From Escherichia phage EP01: a stretch of DNA of 64,000 nt. Numbering within the stretch: position 1 is the stretch's first letter; the number at the start of each line of letters is the position of its first letter. The notes beneath the pieces are model-generated. The model worked only from the letters and a program-made list of their open reading frames with translations, did not search any database and was not told the origin of the DNA. Location: the sequence record OM135583.1. One strand, written 5' to 3'. This document shows positions 1 through 11,373 of this stretch, one piece after another. The translations under genes and the position numbers were made by a program.

Positions 1-48
1 CGGTTCATTCTGCTGAGTATGTTCCAGTATCTCACGGTATGTCAATGG

Positions 49-56
49 TATAAATA
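49..56 (+). promoter_or_regulatory. late promoter TATAAATA for gene 18
   Basis: Exact 8-mer 29 nt upstream of ATG. Confidence 0.65.
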
Positions 57-84
57 TATTAAAGCATATTAAAGAGGATTAAAA

Positions 85-2064
85 ATGACTTTATTATCTC
101 CGGGCATTGAGCTCAAAGAAACTACGGTTCAAAGCACCGTGGTTAATAACTCTACTGGTACAGCAGCTTTGGCCGGTAAATTCCAGTGGGGTCCTGCTTT
201 TCAGATCAAACAGGTTACAAATGAAGTAGATTTAGTTAATACTTTTGGTCAACCTACAGCTGAAACTGCTGACTATTTTATGTCTGCAATGAATTTCTTA
301 CAATATGGAAATGATTTGCGAGTTGTGCGTGCTGTCGATAGAGATACCGCTAAAAACTCATCTCCGATTGCTGGTAATATTGAATACACTATTTCTACCC
401 CAGGTAGTAACTACGCGGTTGGAGATAAAATCACAGTTAAGTATGTTTCAGAAGACATTGAAACGGAAGGTAAAATTACCGAAGTAGATGCTGATGGAAA
501 AATTAAGAAAATTAATATTCCTACTGCAAAAATTATCGCTAAAGCGAAAGAAGTTGGTGAATATCCAGCATTAGGTTCTAACTGGACCGCGGAAATTTCT
601 TCGTCTTCCTCTGGTTTAGCTGCAGTAATAACTCTTGGAAAAATTATTACTGATTCTGGTATTTTATTAGCTGAAATTGAAAATGCCGAAGCTGCTATGA
701 CAGCGGTTGAATTTCAAACAAATCTCGAAAAATATGGAATTCCAGGAGTAGTAGCTCTTTATCCGGGCGAGTTGGGCGATAAAATCGAAATTGAAATCGT
801 ATCTAAAGCTGACTACGCAAAAGGTGCTTCTGCATTACTCCCAATTTATCCAGGTGGCGGGACACGTGCATCTACTGCCAAAGCAGTGTTTGGATATGGA
901 CCACAAACTGATTCGCAATACGCTATTATAGTTCGTCGTAATGATGCTATTGTTCAAAGCGTTGTTCTTTCAACAAAGCGTGGTGAAAAAGATATTTACG
1001 ATAGTAACATCTACATTGATGACTTTTTCGCAAAAGGCGGTTCAGAATATATTTTCGCAACTGCACAAAATTGGCCAGAAGGATTCTCTGGAATTTTAAC
1101 TCTGTCTGGTGGATTATCATCAAATGCTGAAGTAACAGCAGGAGATTTGATGGAAGCTTGGGACTTCTTTGCTGACCGCGAATCTGTTGACGTTCAGTTG
1201 TTTATTGCGGGTTCTTGTGCCGGTGAATCTTTAGAAACAGCATCTACTGTCCAAAAACACGTCGTTTCAATTGGGGATGCTCGTCAAGATTGCTTAGTAT
1301 TATGCTCACCACCACGTGAAACTGTAGTTGGAATTCCTGTAACTCGCGCTGTTGATAACTTAGTCAATTGGAGAACTGCAACAGGTTCATACACTGATAA
1401 TAACTTTAATATCAGTTCAACCTACGCAGCAATTGATGGTAACTACAAATATCAGTATGACAAATATAATGATGTCAATCGCTGGGTTCCATTAGCAGCT
1501 GATATTGCAGGTTTATGCGCAAGAACCGATAACGTTTCTCAGACTTGGATGTCTCCAGCTGGTTATAATCGTGGCCAGATTCTTAACGTTATTAAACTTG
1601 CTATTGAAACTCGCCAGGCGCAGCGCGACCGTTTATACCAAGAAGCTATCAACCCGGTAACCGGTACAGGTGGTGATGGTTACGTATTATATGGTGATAA
1701 AACAGCTACTTCTGTTCCTTCTCCATTTGATCGTATTAACGTTCGTCGTCTGTTTAATATGTTGAAAACGAATATCGGACGTAGTTCAAAATATCGTTTG
1801 TTCGAATTAAACAACGCGTTTACTCGTTCATCATTCCGCACAGAAACTGCCCAATACTTGCAGGGAATTAAAGCTCTCGGTGGAATTTATGAATATCGTG
1901 TAGTTTGCGATACAACAAATAACACTCCGTCAGTAATTGATAGAAATGAGTTTGTTGCAACATTCTACATCCAACCGGCTAGAAGCATTAACTACATTAC
2001 CTTGAACTTCGTAGCAACTGCTACAGGTGCAGATTTCGATGAGTTAACTGGTCTTGCAGGTTAA
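85..2064 (+). CDS. 18: contractile tail sheath protein, 659 aa
   Basis: Length and sequence match remembered T4 gp18; AGAGGA SD upstream of ATG; TATAAATA at 49-56. Confidence 0.95.
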   Translation: MTLLSPGIELKETTVQSTVVNNSTGTAALAGKFQWGPAFQIKQVTNEVDLVNTFGQPTAETADYFMSAMNFLQYGNDLRVVRAVDRDTAKNSSPIAGNIEYTISTPGSNYAVGDKITVKYVSEDIETEGKITEVDADGKIKKINIPTAKIIAKAKEVGEYPALGSNWTAEISSSSSGLAAVITLGKIITDSGILLAEIENAEAAMTAVEFQTNLEKYGIPGVVALYPGELGDKIEIEIVSKADYAKGASALLPIYPGGGTRASTAKAVFGYGPQTDSQYAIIVRRNDAIVQSVVLSTKRGEKDIYDSNIYIDDFFAKGGSEYIFATAQNWPEGFSGILTLSGGLSSNAEVTAGDLMEAWDFFADRESVDVQLFIAGSCAGESLETASTVQKHVVSIGDARQDCLVLCSPPRETVVGIPVTRAVDNLVNWRTATGSYTDNNFNISSTYAAIDGNYKYQYDKYNDVNRWVPLAADIAGLCARTDNVSQTWMSPAGYNRGQILNVIKLAIETRQAQRDRLYQEAINPVTGTGGDGYVLYGDKTATSVPSPFDRINVRRLFNMLKTNIGRSSKYRLFELNNAFTRSSFRTETAQYLQGIKALGGIYEYRVVCDTTNNTPSVIDRNEFVATFYIQPARSINYITLNFVATATGADFDELTGLAG

Positions 2065-2080
2065 TACGGTGCATTCTAAA

Positions 2081-2098
2081 GGCCTGTTTCGGCAGGCC
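2081..2098 (+). terminator. hairpin after gene 18
   Basis: GGCCTG, 6-nt loop, CAGGCC, 17 nt past stop. Confidence 0.5.
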
Positions 2099-2099
2099 A

Positions 2100-2107
2100 T
2101 ATAAATA
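2100..2107 (+). promoter_or_regulatory. late promoter TATAAATA, distal, gene 19
   Basis: Exact 8-mer just after gene 18 terminator hairpin. Confidence 0.55.
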
Positions 2108-2158
2108 CACTATATCCTTAATTCTTTAATTCTATATGCCCTAGGTTAAACATAGGGA

Positions 2159-2166
2159 TATAAATA
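2159..2166 (+). promoter_or_regulatory. late promoter TATAAATA, proximal, gene 19
   Basis: Exact 8-mer 15 nt upstream of ATG. Confidence 0.6.
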
Positions 2167-2180
2167 CTACAGAGGCTAAT

Positions 2181-2672
2181 ATGTTTGTAGATGATGTAAC
2201 ACGAGCGTTTGAATCTGGTGATTTTGCTCGACCTAACTTATTCCAAGTAGAAATTTCTTATCTTGGACAAAATTTTACGTTTCAATGTAAAGCCACTGCT
2301 TTACCAGCTGGTATTGTAGAAAAAATTCCAGTCGGATTTATGAACCGTAAAATTAACGTAGCAGGCGATCGTACATTCGATGACTGGACTATTACAGTAA
2401 TGAATGATGAGGCGCATGATGCACGTCAGAAGTTTGTTGACTGGCAAAGCATTGCTGCTGGGCAAGGAAACGAAATTACTGGTGGAAAACCAGCAGAGTA
2501 TAAAAAGAGTGCTATTGTACGCCAATATGCTCGTGACGCTAAAACTGTAACAAAAGAAGTCGAAATTAAAGGCCTGTGGCCTACTAACGTGGGTGAACTT
2601 CAGTTAGATTGGGATTCAAACAATGAAATCCAAACCTTTGAAGTAACTCTCGCTCTCGATTATTGGGAATAA
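2181..2672 (+). CDS. 19: tail tube protein, 163 aa
   Basis: Size and position after sheath gene; matches T4 gp19; two TATAAATA motifs upstream. Confidence 0.93.
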   Translation: MFVDDVTRAFESGDFARPNLFQVEISYLGQNFTFQCKATALPAGIVEKIPVGFMNRKINVAGDRTFDDWTITVMNDEAHDARQKFVDWQSIAAGQGNEITGGKPAEYKKSAIVRQYARDAKTVTKEVEIKGLWPTNVGELQLDWDSNNEIQTFEVTLALDYWE

Positions 2673-2677
2673 AATGA

Positions 2678-2695
2678 ATGGGGAGAAATCCCCAT
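2678..2695 (+). terminator. hairpin after gene 19
   Basis: ATGGGGA, GAAA loop, TCCCCAT. Confidence 0.5.
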
Positions 2696-2704
2696 CCTGC
2701 TTAA

Positions 2705-4329
<1,625 letters not shown>

Positions 4330-4330
<1 letters not shown>

Positions 4331-4572
4331 TGGAAGGTTTAATTGAAGCTATTAAATCAAACGACCTCGTAGCCGCTCGTAAATTATTTGCTGAAGCCAT
4401 GGCTGCAAGAACGATTGATTTAATTAAAGAAGAAAAAATCGCTATCGCCCGTAATTTCTTAATCGAAGGTGAAGAACCTGAAGACGAGGATGATGACGAA
4501 GATGGTGATGATAAAGACGACAAAAAAGACAAAGACTCTGACGAAGATGACGAAGACGAGGATGATGAATAA
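4330..4572 (+). CDS. 67: prohead core protein with poly-acidic C-terminal tail, 80 aa
   Basis: ATGA-type junction with gene 20; D/E-rich tail; size and position as T4 gp67. Confidence 0.85.
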
Positions 4573-4997
4573 TGCTTCTGATCCCTGAAACTCATGAATT
4601 AGTTCTCGAGAATGTCGAAGCACTTATTCCTGAAGCACAGGGTCGCTTTGACGAATTGTCTTCTGCTTTAAATAAAGACGATATAAATACAATTATCGAG
4701 AATATGCTTGATGATGAAACTGATTTAGCAGTTGCATTAGCTTCTATTAATGAAAATATGCCGTTAAATGAATTCATTGTTAAGCATGTTTCAGCTCGTG
4801 GTGAAATTACACGTACTAAAGACCGCAAAACACGCGAACGTAATGCATTTCAAACCACCGGGCTGTCTAAAGCAAAACGTAGACAAATTGCTCGCAAAGC
4901 TACCAAAACGAAGATTGCCAATCCAGCAGGTCAATCTCGTGCTCAGCGTAAGCGTAAAAAAGCTCTTAAACGCCGTAAAGCATTAGGATTAAGCTAA
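4572..4997 (+). CDS. 68: prohead core protein, 141 aa
   Basis: Overlapping junctions with 67 and 21; basic C-terminus; size as T4 gp68. Confidence 0.85.
   Translation: MLLIPETHELVLENVEALIPEAQGRFDELSSALNKDDINTIIENMLDDETDLAVALASINENMPLNEFIVKHVSARGEITRTKDRKTRERNAFQTTGLSKAKRRQIARKATKTKIANPAGQSRAQRKRKKALKRRKALGLS
4682..4689 (+). promoter_or_regulatory. possible internal late promoter TATAAATA inside gene 68
   Basis: Exact 8-mer ~300 nt upstream of gene 21; could be chance in AT-rich DNA. Confidence 0.3.
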
Positions 4998-5635
4998 TGA
5001 ATGAACCCCAATTACTAATTGAAACTTGGGGTCAACCTGGCGAAATTATTGATGGTGTGCCAATGCTTGAATCCCACGATGGAAAAGACTTAGGTTTAAA
5101 ACCGGGTTTATACATCGAAGGAATATTCATGCAAGCAGAAGTCGTCAATAGAAATAAACGTCTTTATCCAAAACGCATATTAGAAAAAGCGGTAAAAGAC
5201 TATATTAATGAGCAAGTTTTAACTAAACAGGCTCTCGGAGAATTAAATCATCCTCCACGCGCTAATGTTGACCCGATGCAAGCCGCTATCATTATAGAAG
5301 ATATGTGGTGGAAAGGAAATGACGTATACGGACGAGCTCGTGTTATTGAAGGTGACCACGGTCCTGGAGATAAATTAGCAGCTAATATTCGTGCCGGATG
5401 GATTCCAGGAGTTTCTTCTCGTGGATTAGGTTCATTGACTGACACAAATAAAGGTTATCGTATCGTAAACGAAGGATTCAAATTAACTGTAGGTGTTGAT
5501 GCAGTATGGGGTCCAAGTGCTCCAGATGCATGGGTAACTCCTAAGGAAATTACCGAATCACAGACGGCGGAAGCCGATACAAGTGCCGATGACGCCTATA
5601 TGGCTCTCGCAGAGGCCATGAAAAAAGCGTTATAA
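4997..5635 (+). CDS. 21: prohead core protease, 212 aa
   Basis: Size and synteny match T4 gp21. Confidence 0.92.
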   Translation: MNEPQLLIETWGQPGEIIDGVPMLESHDGKDLGLKPGLYIEGIFMQAEVVNRNKRLYPKRILEKAVKDYINEQVLTKQALGELNHPPRANVDPMQAAIIIEDMWWKGNDVYGRARVIEGDHGPGDKLAANIRAGWIPGVSSRGLGSLTDTNKGYRIVNEGFKLTVGVDAVWGPSAPDAWVTPKEITESQTAEADTSADDAYMALAEAMKKAL

Positions 5636-5638
5636 ATA
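5631..5638 (+). promoter_or_regulatory. late promoter TATAAATA for gene 22
   Basis: Exact 8-mer 28 nt upstream of ATG. Confidence 0.65.
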
Positions 5639-5665
5639 TTATTATCTAAACAACAGGACTACAAA

Positions 5666-6475
5666 ATGCTTAAAGAACAACTGATTGCTGAAGCGCAAAA
5701 AATTGATGCTTCCGTTGCTCTTGATAGTATTTTCGAATCAGTTAATATTTCTCCGGAAGCAAAAGAAACTTTCGGCACTGTATTCGAAGCTACCGTCAAG
5801 CAGCACGCCGTTAAATTAGCTGAATCTCATATCGCTAAAATTGCTGAAAAAGCAGAAGAAGAAGTAGAAAAAAATAAAGAAGAAGCCGAAGAAAAAGCTG
5901 AGAAGAAAATCGCTGAGCAAGCTTCTAAATTCATCGACCATCTTGCGAAAGAATGGCTCGCTGAAAATAAATTAGCAGTTGATAAAGGCATCAAAGCCGA
6001 ACTGTTTGAATCCATGCTTGGTGGATTAAAAGAGCTCTTTGTTGAACACAACGTTGTTGTTCCAGAAGAATCAGTTGATGTTGTGGCTGAAATGGAAGAA
6101 GAGCTGCAAGAACATAAAGAAGAATCAGCTCGTCTGTTCGAAGAACTCAATATGCGCGACGCATATATCAATTATGTGCAGCGTGAAGTGGCATTGAGCG
6201 AAAGTACTAAAGATCTGACTGAGTCTCAAAAAGAAAAAGTCTCTGCTCTGGTCGAAGGTATGGATTATTCAGATGAATTCTCAAATAAATTGAGTGCCAT
6301 CGTAGAAATGGTGAAGAAGTCTAATAAAGATGAAAGCACTATTACTGAGGGTATAAATACTCCTGATACTGAAGCAGCCGGACTGAATTTCGTCACTGAA
6401 GCTGTAGAAGATAAAACTGCACCTGGTGCAGAAGATATTGTAAGTGTATATGCGAAAGTCGCATCTCGTTTCTAA
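5666..6475 (+). CDS. 22: prohead core scaffold protein, 269 aa
   Basis: E/K-rich coiled-coil-like protein; size and position as T4 gp22; TATAAATA at 5631-5638. Confidence 0.92.
   Translation: MLKEQLIAEAQKIDASVALDSIFESVNISPEAKETFGTVFEATVKQHAVKLAESHIAKIAEKAEEEVEKNKEEAEEKAEKKIAEQASKFIDHLAKEWLAENKLAVDKGIKAELFESMLGGLKELFVEHNVVVPEESVDVVAEMEEELQEHKEESARLFEELNMRDAYINYVQREVALSESTKDLTESQKEKVSALVEGMDYSDEFSNKLSAIVEMVKKSNKDESTITEGINTPDTEAAGLNFVTEAVEDKTAPGAEDIVSVYAKVASRF
6352..6359 (+). promoter_or_regulatory. late promoter TATAAATA for gene 23, inside gene 22
   Basis: Exact 8-mer 135 nt upstream of gene 23 ATG. Confidence 0.6.
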
Positions 6476-6493
6476 TTTTAAAGGTTAACACAA

Positions 6494-8059
6494 ATGACTA
6501 TCAAAACTAAAGCTGAACTTTTGAACAAATGGAAGCCATTACTGGAAGGTGAAGGTTTACCGGAAATTGCTAATAGCAAACAAGCGATTATCGCTAAAAT
6601 CTTTGAAAACCAGGAAAAAGATTTCCAGACAGCTCCAGAGTACAAAGACGAAAAAATCGCTCAGGCGTTCGGTTCTTTCTTAACAGAAGCTGAAATCGGT
6701 GGTGACCACGGTTACAATGCTACTAACATCGCTGCAGGTCAGACTTCTGGCGCAGTAACTCAGATTGGCCCAGCTGTTATGGGTATGGTACGTCGTGCTA
6801 TTCCTAACCTGATTGCTTTCGATATTTGCGGTGTTCAGCCGATGAATAGCCCGACCGGTCAGGTATTCGCACTGCGCGCAGTATATGGTAAAGACCCAAT
6901 CGCTTCCGGCGCTAAAGAAGCATTCCACCCAATGTATGGTCCAGATGCAATGTTCTCTGGTCAGGGTGCTGCTAAGAAATTCGCTGCTTTGAAAGCAAGT
7001 GATACTCTTGAAGTTGGAACTATTTACACCCACTTCTTCCAGGACACTGGTACTGTGTATCTGCAAGCTACAGAAGCTAAACAAATTGATTCCGCTGCAT
7101 CTGACGCAGACAAATTAGATGCTGAAATTAAGAAACAAATGGAAGCTGGTGTACTGGTAGAAATCGCTGAAGGTATGGCTACTTCTATCGCTGAACTTCA
7201 GGAAAGTTTCAACGGTTCTACCGATAACCCATGGAATGAAATGGGCTTCCGTATCGATAAACAAGTTATCGAAGCTAAATCTCGCCAGCTGAAAGCTGCT
7301 TACTCTATCGAATTAGCACAAGACCTCCGCGCTGTTCACGGTATGGATGCTGATGCTGAACTGTCTGGTATTCTGGCTACCGAAATCATGCTGGAAATTA
7401 ACCGTGAAGTTGTTGATTGGATTAACTACTCAGCTCAGGTTGGTAAATCTGGTATGACCCTGACTCCAGGTTCTAAAGCTGGTGTATTTGACTTCCAGGA
7501 TCCGATTGATATTCGTGGTGCTCGCTGGGCGGGTGAATCCTTTAAAGCTCTGCTGTTCCAGATTGACAAAGAAGCAGTTGAAATTGCTCGTCAGACCGGT
7601 CGTGGTGAAGGTAACTTCATTATCGCTTCCCGTAACGTAGTTAACGTTCTGGCTTCAGTTGATACTGGCATTTCTTATGCTGCACAGGGTCTGGCCACCG
7701 GCTTTAACACTGATACTACCAAGTCAGTATTTGCTGGTGTTCTGGGTGGTAAATACCGTGTATATATCGACCAGTATGCTAAACAGGATTATTTCACCGT
7801 AGGTTATAAAGGTCCGAACGAAATGGATGCAGGTATTTACTATGCTCCATATGTAGCTCTGACTCCGCTGCGTGGTTCCGATCCGAAGAACTTCCAACCA
7901 GTAATGGGATTCAAAACTCGTTACGGTATCGGTATCAACCCATTTGCAGAATCCGCTGCTCAGGCTCCGGCTTCTCGCATCCAGAGCGGTATGCCTTCTA
8001 TTCTGAATAGCCTTGGTAAAAACGCTTACTTCCGCCGTGTATATGTTAAAGGTATCTAA
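6494..8059 (+). CDS. 23: major capsid protein, 521 aa
   Basis: N-terminus MTIKTKAELLNKWKPLLEGEG and length match T4 gp23; high-expression codon usage; UUCG hairpin terminator follows. Confidence 0.97.
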   Translation: MTIKTKAELLNKWKPLLEGEGLPEIANSKQAIIAKIFENQEKDFQTAPEYKDEKIAQAFGSFLTEAEIGGDHGYNATNIAAGQTSGAVTQIGPAVMGMVRRAIPNLIAFDICGVQPMNSPTGQVFALRAVYGKDPIASGAKEAFHPMYGPDAMFSGQGAAKKFAALKASDTLEVGTIYTHFFQDTGTVYLQATEAKQIDSAASDADKLDAEIKKQMEAGVLVEIAEGMATSIAELQESFNGSTDNPWNEMGFRIDKQVIEAKSRQLKAAYSIELAQDLRAVHGMDADAELSGILATEIMLEINREVVDWINYSAQVGKSGMTLTPGSKAGVFDFQDPIDIRGARWAGESFKALLFQIDKEAVEIARQTGRGEGNFIIASRNVVNVLASVDTGISYAAQGLATGFNTDTTKSVFAGVLGGKYRVYIDQYAKQDYFTVGYKGPNEMDAGIYYAPYVALTPLRGSDPKNFQPVMGFKTRYGIGINPFAESAAQAPASRIQSGMPSILNSLGKNAYFRRVYVKGI

Positions 8060-8073
8060 GATATAACCTTATT

Positions 8074-8095
8074 ATGGGAGACTTCGGTCTCCCAT
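8074..8095 (+). terminator. hairpin with UUCG tetraloop after gene 23
   Basis: GGGAGAC, TTCG loop, GTCTCCC, then T-rich tract. Confidence 0.7.
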
Positions 8096-8108
8096 TCTTG
8101 TTTCTATA

Positions 8109-8375
8109 CTACGCAATCTTAACTCGACGGTTGATGATGTCACGGAAGTCAATACGATTTTCTTGGATTTTCAGCCAGTTACCAGATTTGTCTTTGGTAT
8201 GGGTAGAATATTCACCGTTCCACCAGAAGTCAGTAGCATAAGCCATGGTTTCATATTTCTTAACTAGGGCATTCACTGCATTACCGTTAGGATTGGAACC
8301 ATATTTTTCTACCAGGGCTTTGATGTCTTTATCAAGAGCGGACAGAGTAGTACGAATAAAGTTTAACTTGTTCAT
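8109..8375 (-). CDS. hypothetical protein, 88 aa, opposite strand between genes 23 and 24
   Basis: Track ORF 93 aa; internal ATG at 8375 is preceded by GAGGAGA SD at 7 nt; sigma70-like promoter upstream on minus strand; no recognisable motif. Confidence 0.45.
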   Translation of the reverse strand: MNKLNFIRTTLSALDKDIKALVEKYGSNPNGNAVNALVKKYETMAYATDFWWNGEYSTHTKDKSGNWLKIQENRIDFRDIINRRVKIA

Positions 8376-8405
8376 TTTTAATCTCCTCATGTTTTTGATA
8401 GGTCT

Positions 8406-8434
8406 ATAGTAACATGTGATAACCTTGCTGTAAA
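8406..8434 (-). promoter_or_regulatory. sigma70-type early promoter for the 88-aa ORF
   Basis: Minus strand TTTACA, 17-nt spacer ending TGT, TACTAT. Confidence 0.5.
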
Positions 8435-8441
8435 CAACTTT

Positions 8442-8449
8442 TATAAATA
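8442..8449 (+). promoter_or_regulatory. late promoter TATAAATA for gene 24
   Basis: Exact 8-mer 29 nt upstream of ATG. Confidence 0.65.
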
Positions 8450-8477
8450 AACATATACTCTCAACAAGGAAAGCGCA

Positions 8478-9761
8478 ATGGCTAAAATCAACGAACTTCT
8501 GCGCGAATCAACCACAACGAATAGCAACTCAATCGGTCGCCCAAATCTCGTTGCTTTGACTCGCGCTACCACTAAATTAATATATTCTGACATTGTAGCA
8601 ACGCAAAGAACTAATCAACCTGTTGCTGCTTTTTATGGTATCAAATACCTTAACCCAGATAATGAATTTACATTTAAAACTGGTGCTACTTACGCTGGCG
8701 AAGCTGGATATGTAGACCGAGAACAAATCACAGAATTAACAGAAGAGTCTAAATTAACTCTCAATAAAGGCGATTTATTCAAATATAATAATATCGTTTA
8801 TAAAGTATTAGAAGATACACCATTTGCTACCATTGAAGAAAGCGATTTAGAATTAGCTCTTCAGATTGCAATTGTTCTTTTAAAGGTTCGCCTATTTTCT
8901 GACGCAGCGTCAACAAGCAAATTTGAAAGCTCTGATAGCGAAATTGCTGATGCTAGATTCCAGATTAATAAATGGCAAACCGCAGTTAAATCTCGTAAAC
9001 TTAAAACTGGTATCACAGTTGAATTAGCACAAGATTTAGAAGCAAATGGATTCGATGCTCCTAATTTCTTGGAAGATTTGCTTGCAACTGAAATGGCGGA
9101 TGAAATCAATAAAGATATTCTACAGTCTTTGATTACAGTATCAAAACGCTATAAAGTTACAGGAATTACTGATACCGGATTCATTGATTTGAGTTATGCA
9201 TCTGCACCTGAAGCTGGTCGTTCATTATACCGAATGGTATGTGAAATGGTTTCGCATATCCAAAAAGAATCAACTTATACAGCAACGTTCTGCGTTGCTT
9301 CAGCTCGTGCCGCTGCGATTCTTGCTGCATCAGGTTGGTTAAAACATAAACCAGAAGATGATAAATATCTTTCACAAAATGCCTACGGGTTCTTAGCTAA
9401 TGGTTTACCGCTTTATTGCGATACTAACAGCCCATTAGATTATGTAATCGTTGGCGTGGTAGAAAATATTGGCGAAAAAGAAATTGTTGGATCAATTTTC
9501 TATGCCCCGTATACAGAAGGTCTGGACTTAGATGACCCTGAACATGTAGGTGCATTTAAAGTTGTAGTTGATCCAGAAAGTTTGCAGCCATCTATTGGTT
9601 TATTAGTTAGATATGCTTTATCTGCAAATCCTTACACTGTAGCAAAAGATGAAAAAGAAGCAAGAATAATTGATGGTGGAGACATGGATAAAATGGCGGG
9701 TCGTTCAGATTTGTCTGTTTTATTAGGTGTTAAGCTACCAAAAATTATCGTTGATGAATAA
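8478..9761 (+). CDS. 24: head vertex protein, 427 aa
   Basis: Size and sequence as T4 gp24; TATAAATA at 8442-8449. Confidence 0.94.
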   Translation: MAKINELLRESTTTNSNSIGRPNLVALTRATTKLIYSDIVATQRTNQPVAAFYGIKYLNPDNEFTFKTGATYAGEAGYVDREQITELTEESKLTLNKGDLFKYNNIVYKVLEDTPFATIEESDLELALQIAIVLLKVRLFSDAASTSKFESSDSEIADARFQINKWQTAVKSRKLKTGITVELAQDLEANGFDAPNFLEDLLATEMADEINKDILQSLITVSKRYKVTGITDTGFIDLSYASAPEAGRSLYRMVCEMVSHIQKESTYTATFCVASARAAAILAASGWLKHKPEDDKYLSQNAYGFLANGLPLYCDTNSPLDYVIVGVVENIGEKEIVGSIFYAPYTEGLDLDDPEHVGAFKVVVDPESLQPSIGLLVRYALSANPYTVAKDEKEARIIDGGDMDKMAGRSDLSVLLGVKLPKIIVDE

Positions 9762-9766
9762 AACAA

Positions 9767-9788
9767 AGGGACCGAAAGGTCCCTTTTT
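9767..9788. terminator. bidirectional hairpin between convergent gene 24 and rnlB
   Basis: GGGACC, GAAA loop, GGTCCC, then TTTTT; A-run on the other side. Confidence 0.65.
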
Positions 9789-9790
9789 AT

Positions 9791-10795
9791 TTAACTTACC
9801 AATTCAATCCAAGCCGGACGAAGTACATCTTGTACCATTTTAACTAATTCCTTTTTAATCAAAGAAGGATTATCAGCTTGAGTTAGAGTAATACCTTCAC
9901 GAGAAGTTTCTTCCAAAATATCTTGCACAGTTAGTCCCATCACCTTTCCAAAATCCTTCGGACCAATTTCGCCAATTTTAGAAATAACGTTATTTACTCG
10001 GTTCAGTGTAACGTAGCAAGCTAAAATTCCCAGCAATTTATTATCAGCTTCTGACAGCTCAACTTTAGCTTTAATAGGCTTATCAGACTTTTTCTTTTCA
10101 CTAAATTTAGAGTTCTTGCATTTAATCGCTACGCGATTGCCATTAGGCATCCAAGAAGGATAACAAGGTTTCAATACATAACCTTCAGCGGTAAATACTT
10201 CGCCTTTTGCTTCAGCATTCCAAACGCATTTATTTGCATCAACTAATCCAGCATGGTCTACTGTAAAATTATAATCCTGGACGACAGAATCTAAATCATT
10301 TGGCAATTTAATAAGTTCTTCAAATTTACCACGACCCAAAAGTGGAGCCATTTTAAATTTGAATGTATTACAGAATGATTCCATCATATAATCATCGACA
10401 TAAGTCACATCACCACTTTCTGTAGTAACAATAATGTCAAATACATAAAAATCTTTATCACCATAATCGACATTCTTCTGAATGCCAGGTCCAGCGAATT
10501 CGCCGAAGACTTGATAAGATACAACTGCTGAAGTTTCCATAATATCTTGTACTGCTTTAATGGAATCAGCGTAATTCTTTAGAATAATTTCATACCCAAA
10601 GAAATCTTCAGCAGGAAGAATCGGTCCAGTACGTTTAGCACAAGTTGCTTTATCGCGTTCAATAATCAGTGAGAAATTTGTACCATGAATCTTTTCACGA
10701 GCTACCCATTCGCCGCCAGTCAATCCTAAACTATAAAGTTTTTCAATGAATTTAGAATTATAATGATTTTCAAGACTGCTATACTTTTTAAACAT
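9791..10795 (-). CDS. rnlB: RNA ligase 2, 334 aa
   Basis: KIHGTN nucleotidyltransferase motif (active-site Lys) near N-terminus; length and sequence as T4 Rnl2. Confidence 0.93.
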   Translation of the reverse strand: MFKKYSSLENHYNSKFIEKLYSLGLTGGEWVAREKIHGTNFSLIIERDKATCAKRTGPILPAEDFFGYEIILKNYADSIKAVQDIMETSAVVSYQVFGEFAGPGIQKNVDYGDKDFYVFDIIVTTESGDVTYVDDYMMESFCNTFKFKMAPLLGRGKFEELIKLPNDLDSVVQDYNFTVDHAGLVDANKCVWNAEAKGEVFTAEGYVLKPCYPSWMPNGNRVAIKCKNSKFSEKKKSDKPIKAKVELSEADNKLLGILACYVTLNRVNNVISKIGEIGPKDFGKVMGLTVQDILEETSREGITLTQADNPSLIKKELVKMVQDVLRPAWIELVS

Positions 10796-10804
10796 AATTA
10801 ATCC

Positions 10805-11083
10805 TCAAAATGTAATTTCTAACCAATCACCATCACGCTGGTCACTATTGACTTTAAAGCTAAATCCTTCTTTTCTCAGCCAATCACCAATTTCTTCAGT
10901 AATCAATTTATCACGAGCAGTACAATAATAACTAAAATATGTTTTACCTTGTTCAGCTGCTTTATTAGCAAGTTCCGAAAAATCTTTAATAAAACACTCT
11001 AGTTTAAACTGTTTACTTTTAAGTGCTTTTTCGCGTAATTGATTAGCAAAAGATTCATTTTCATAAAGATCATACTGTTCCAT
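10805..11083 (-). CDS. hypothetical protein, 92 aa (position of T4 24.2)
   Basis: Same-strand ORF in compact array downstream of hoc. Confidence 0.6.
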   Translation of the reverse strand: MEQYDLYENESFANQLREKALKSKQFKLECFIKDFSELANKAAEQGKTYFSYYCTARDKLITEEIGDWLRKEGFSFKVNSDQRDGDWLEITF

Positions 11084-11285
11084 TTTTCACCTTTTTATTA
11101 ATATGTCTTTTTCTATAGACAACTTTTTCTCGAGTCTCAAATTTATTCTTAGCAGTCATAGCTCGAGCCCATAATACAGCCACTTCTTTTGCCTGTAAGT
11201 TCAATTCACGAGCAATTTCAATGAATGACTTTCCAGACTCATGGAGTGTAAACACCACAACCTCAGTTCTCATAATCAATCTCAT
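11070..11285 (-). CDS. hypothetical small protein with helix-turn-helix-like segment, 71 aa (position of T4 24.3)
   Basis: Segment SFIEIARELNLQAKEVAVLW resembles an HTH; overlaps downstream ORF by 14 nt. Confidence 0.55.
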   Translation of the reverse strand: MRLIMRTEVVVFTLHESGKSFIEIARELNLQAKEVAVLWARAMTAKNKFETREKVVYRKRHINKKVKNGTV

Positions 11286-11353
11286 GTTATCGAGTTGGTG
11301 CCATTATATACATCGTTTTCTGATTGTGTTTTGTGTGCTTTCAAAATGAAGAA

Positions 11354-11369
11354 AGGGGCCGAAGCCCCT
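11354..11369 (-). terminator. hairpin after hoc
   Basis: GGGGC, CGAA loop, GCCCC. Confidence 0.5.
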
Positions 11370-11373
11370 AAGA

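Noticed and set aside
1-78. Open reading frames running into the window from the left edge (one frame stops at 53, another at 78)
   Set aside because: Probably the 3' end of the gene upstream of gene 18 (terminase large subunit by T4 synteny), but at most 17-25 codons are visible and two frames are open, so I cannot assign it.
4455-4572. Acidic low-complexity tract (GAnGAn repeats) at the 3' end of gene 67
   Set aside because: It is in frame and encodes the gp67 acidic tail, not a non-coding tandem repeat.
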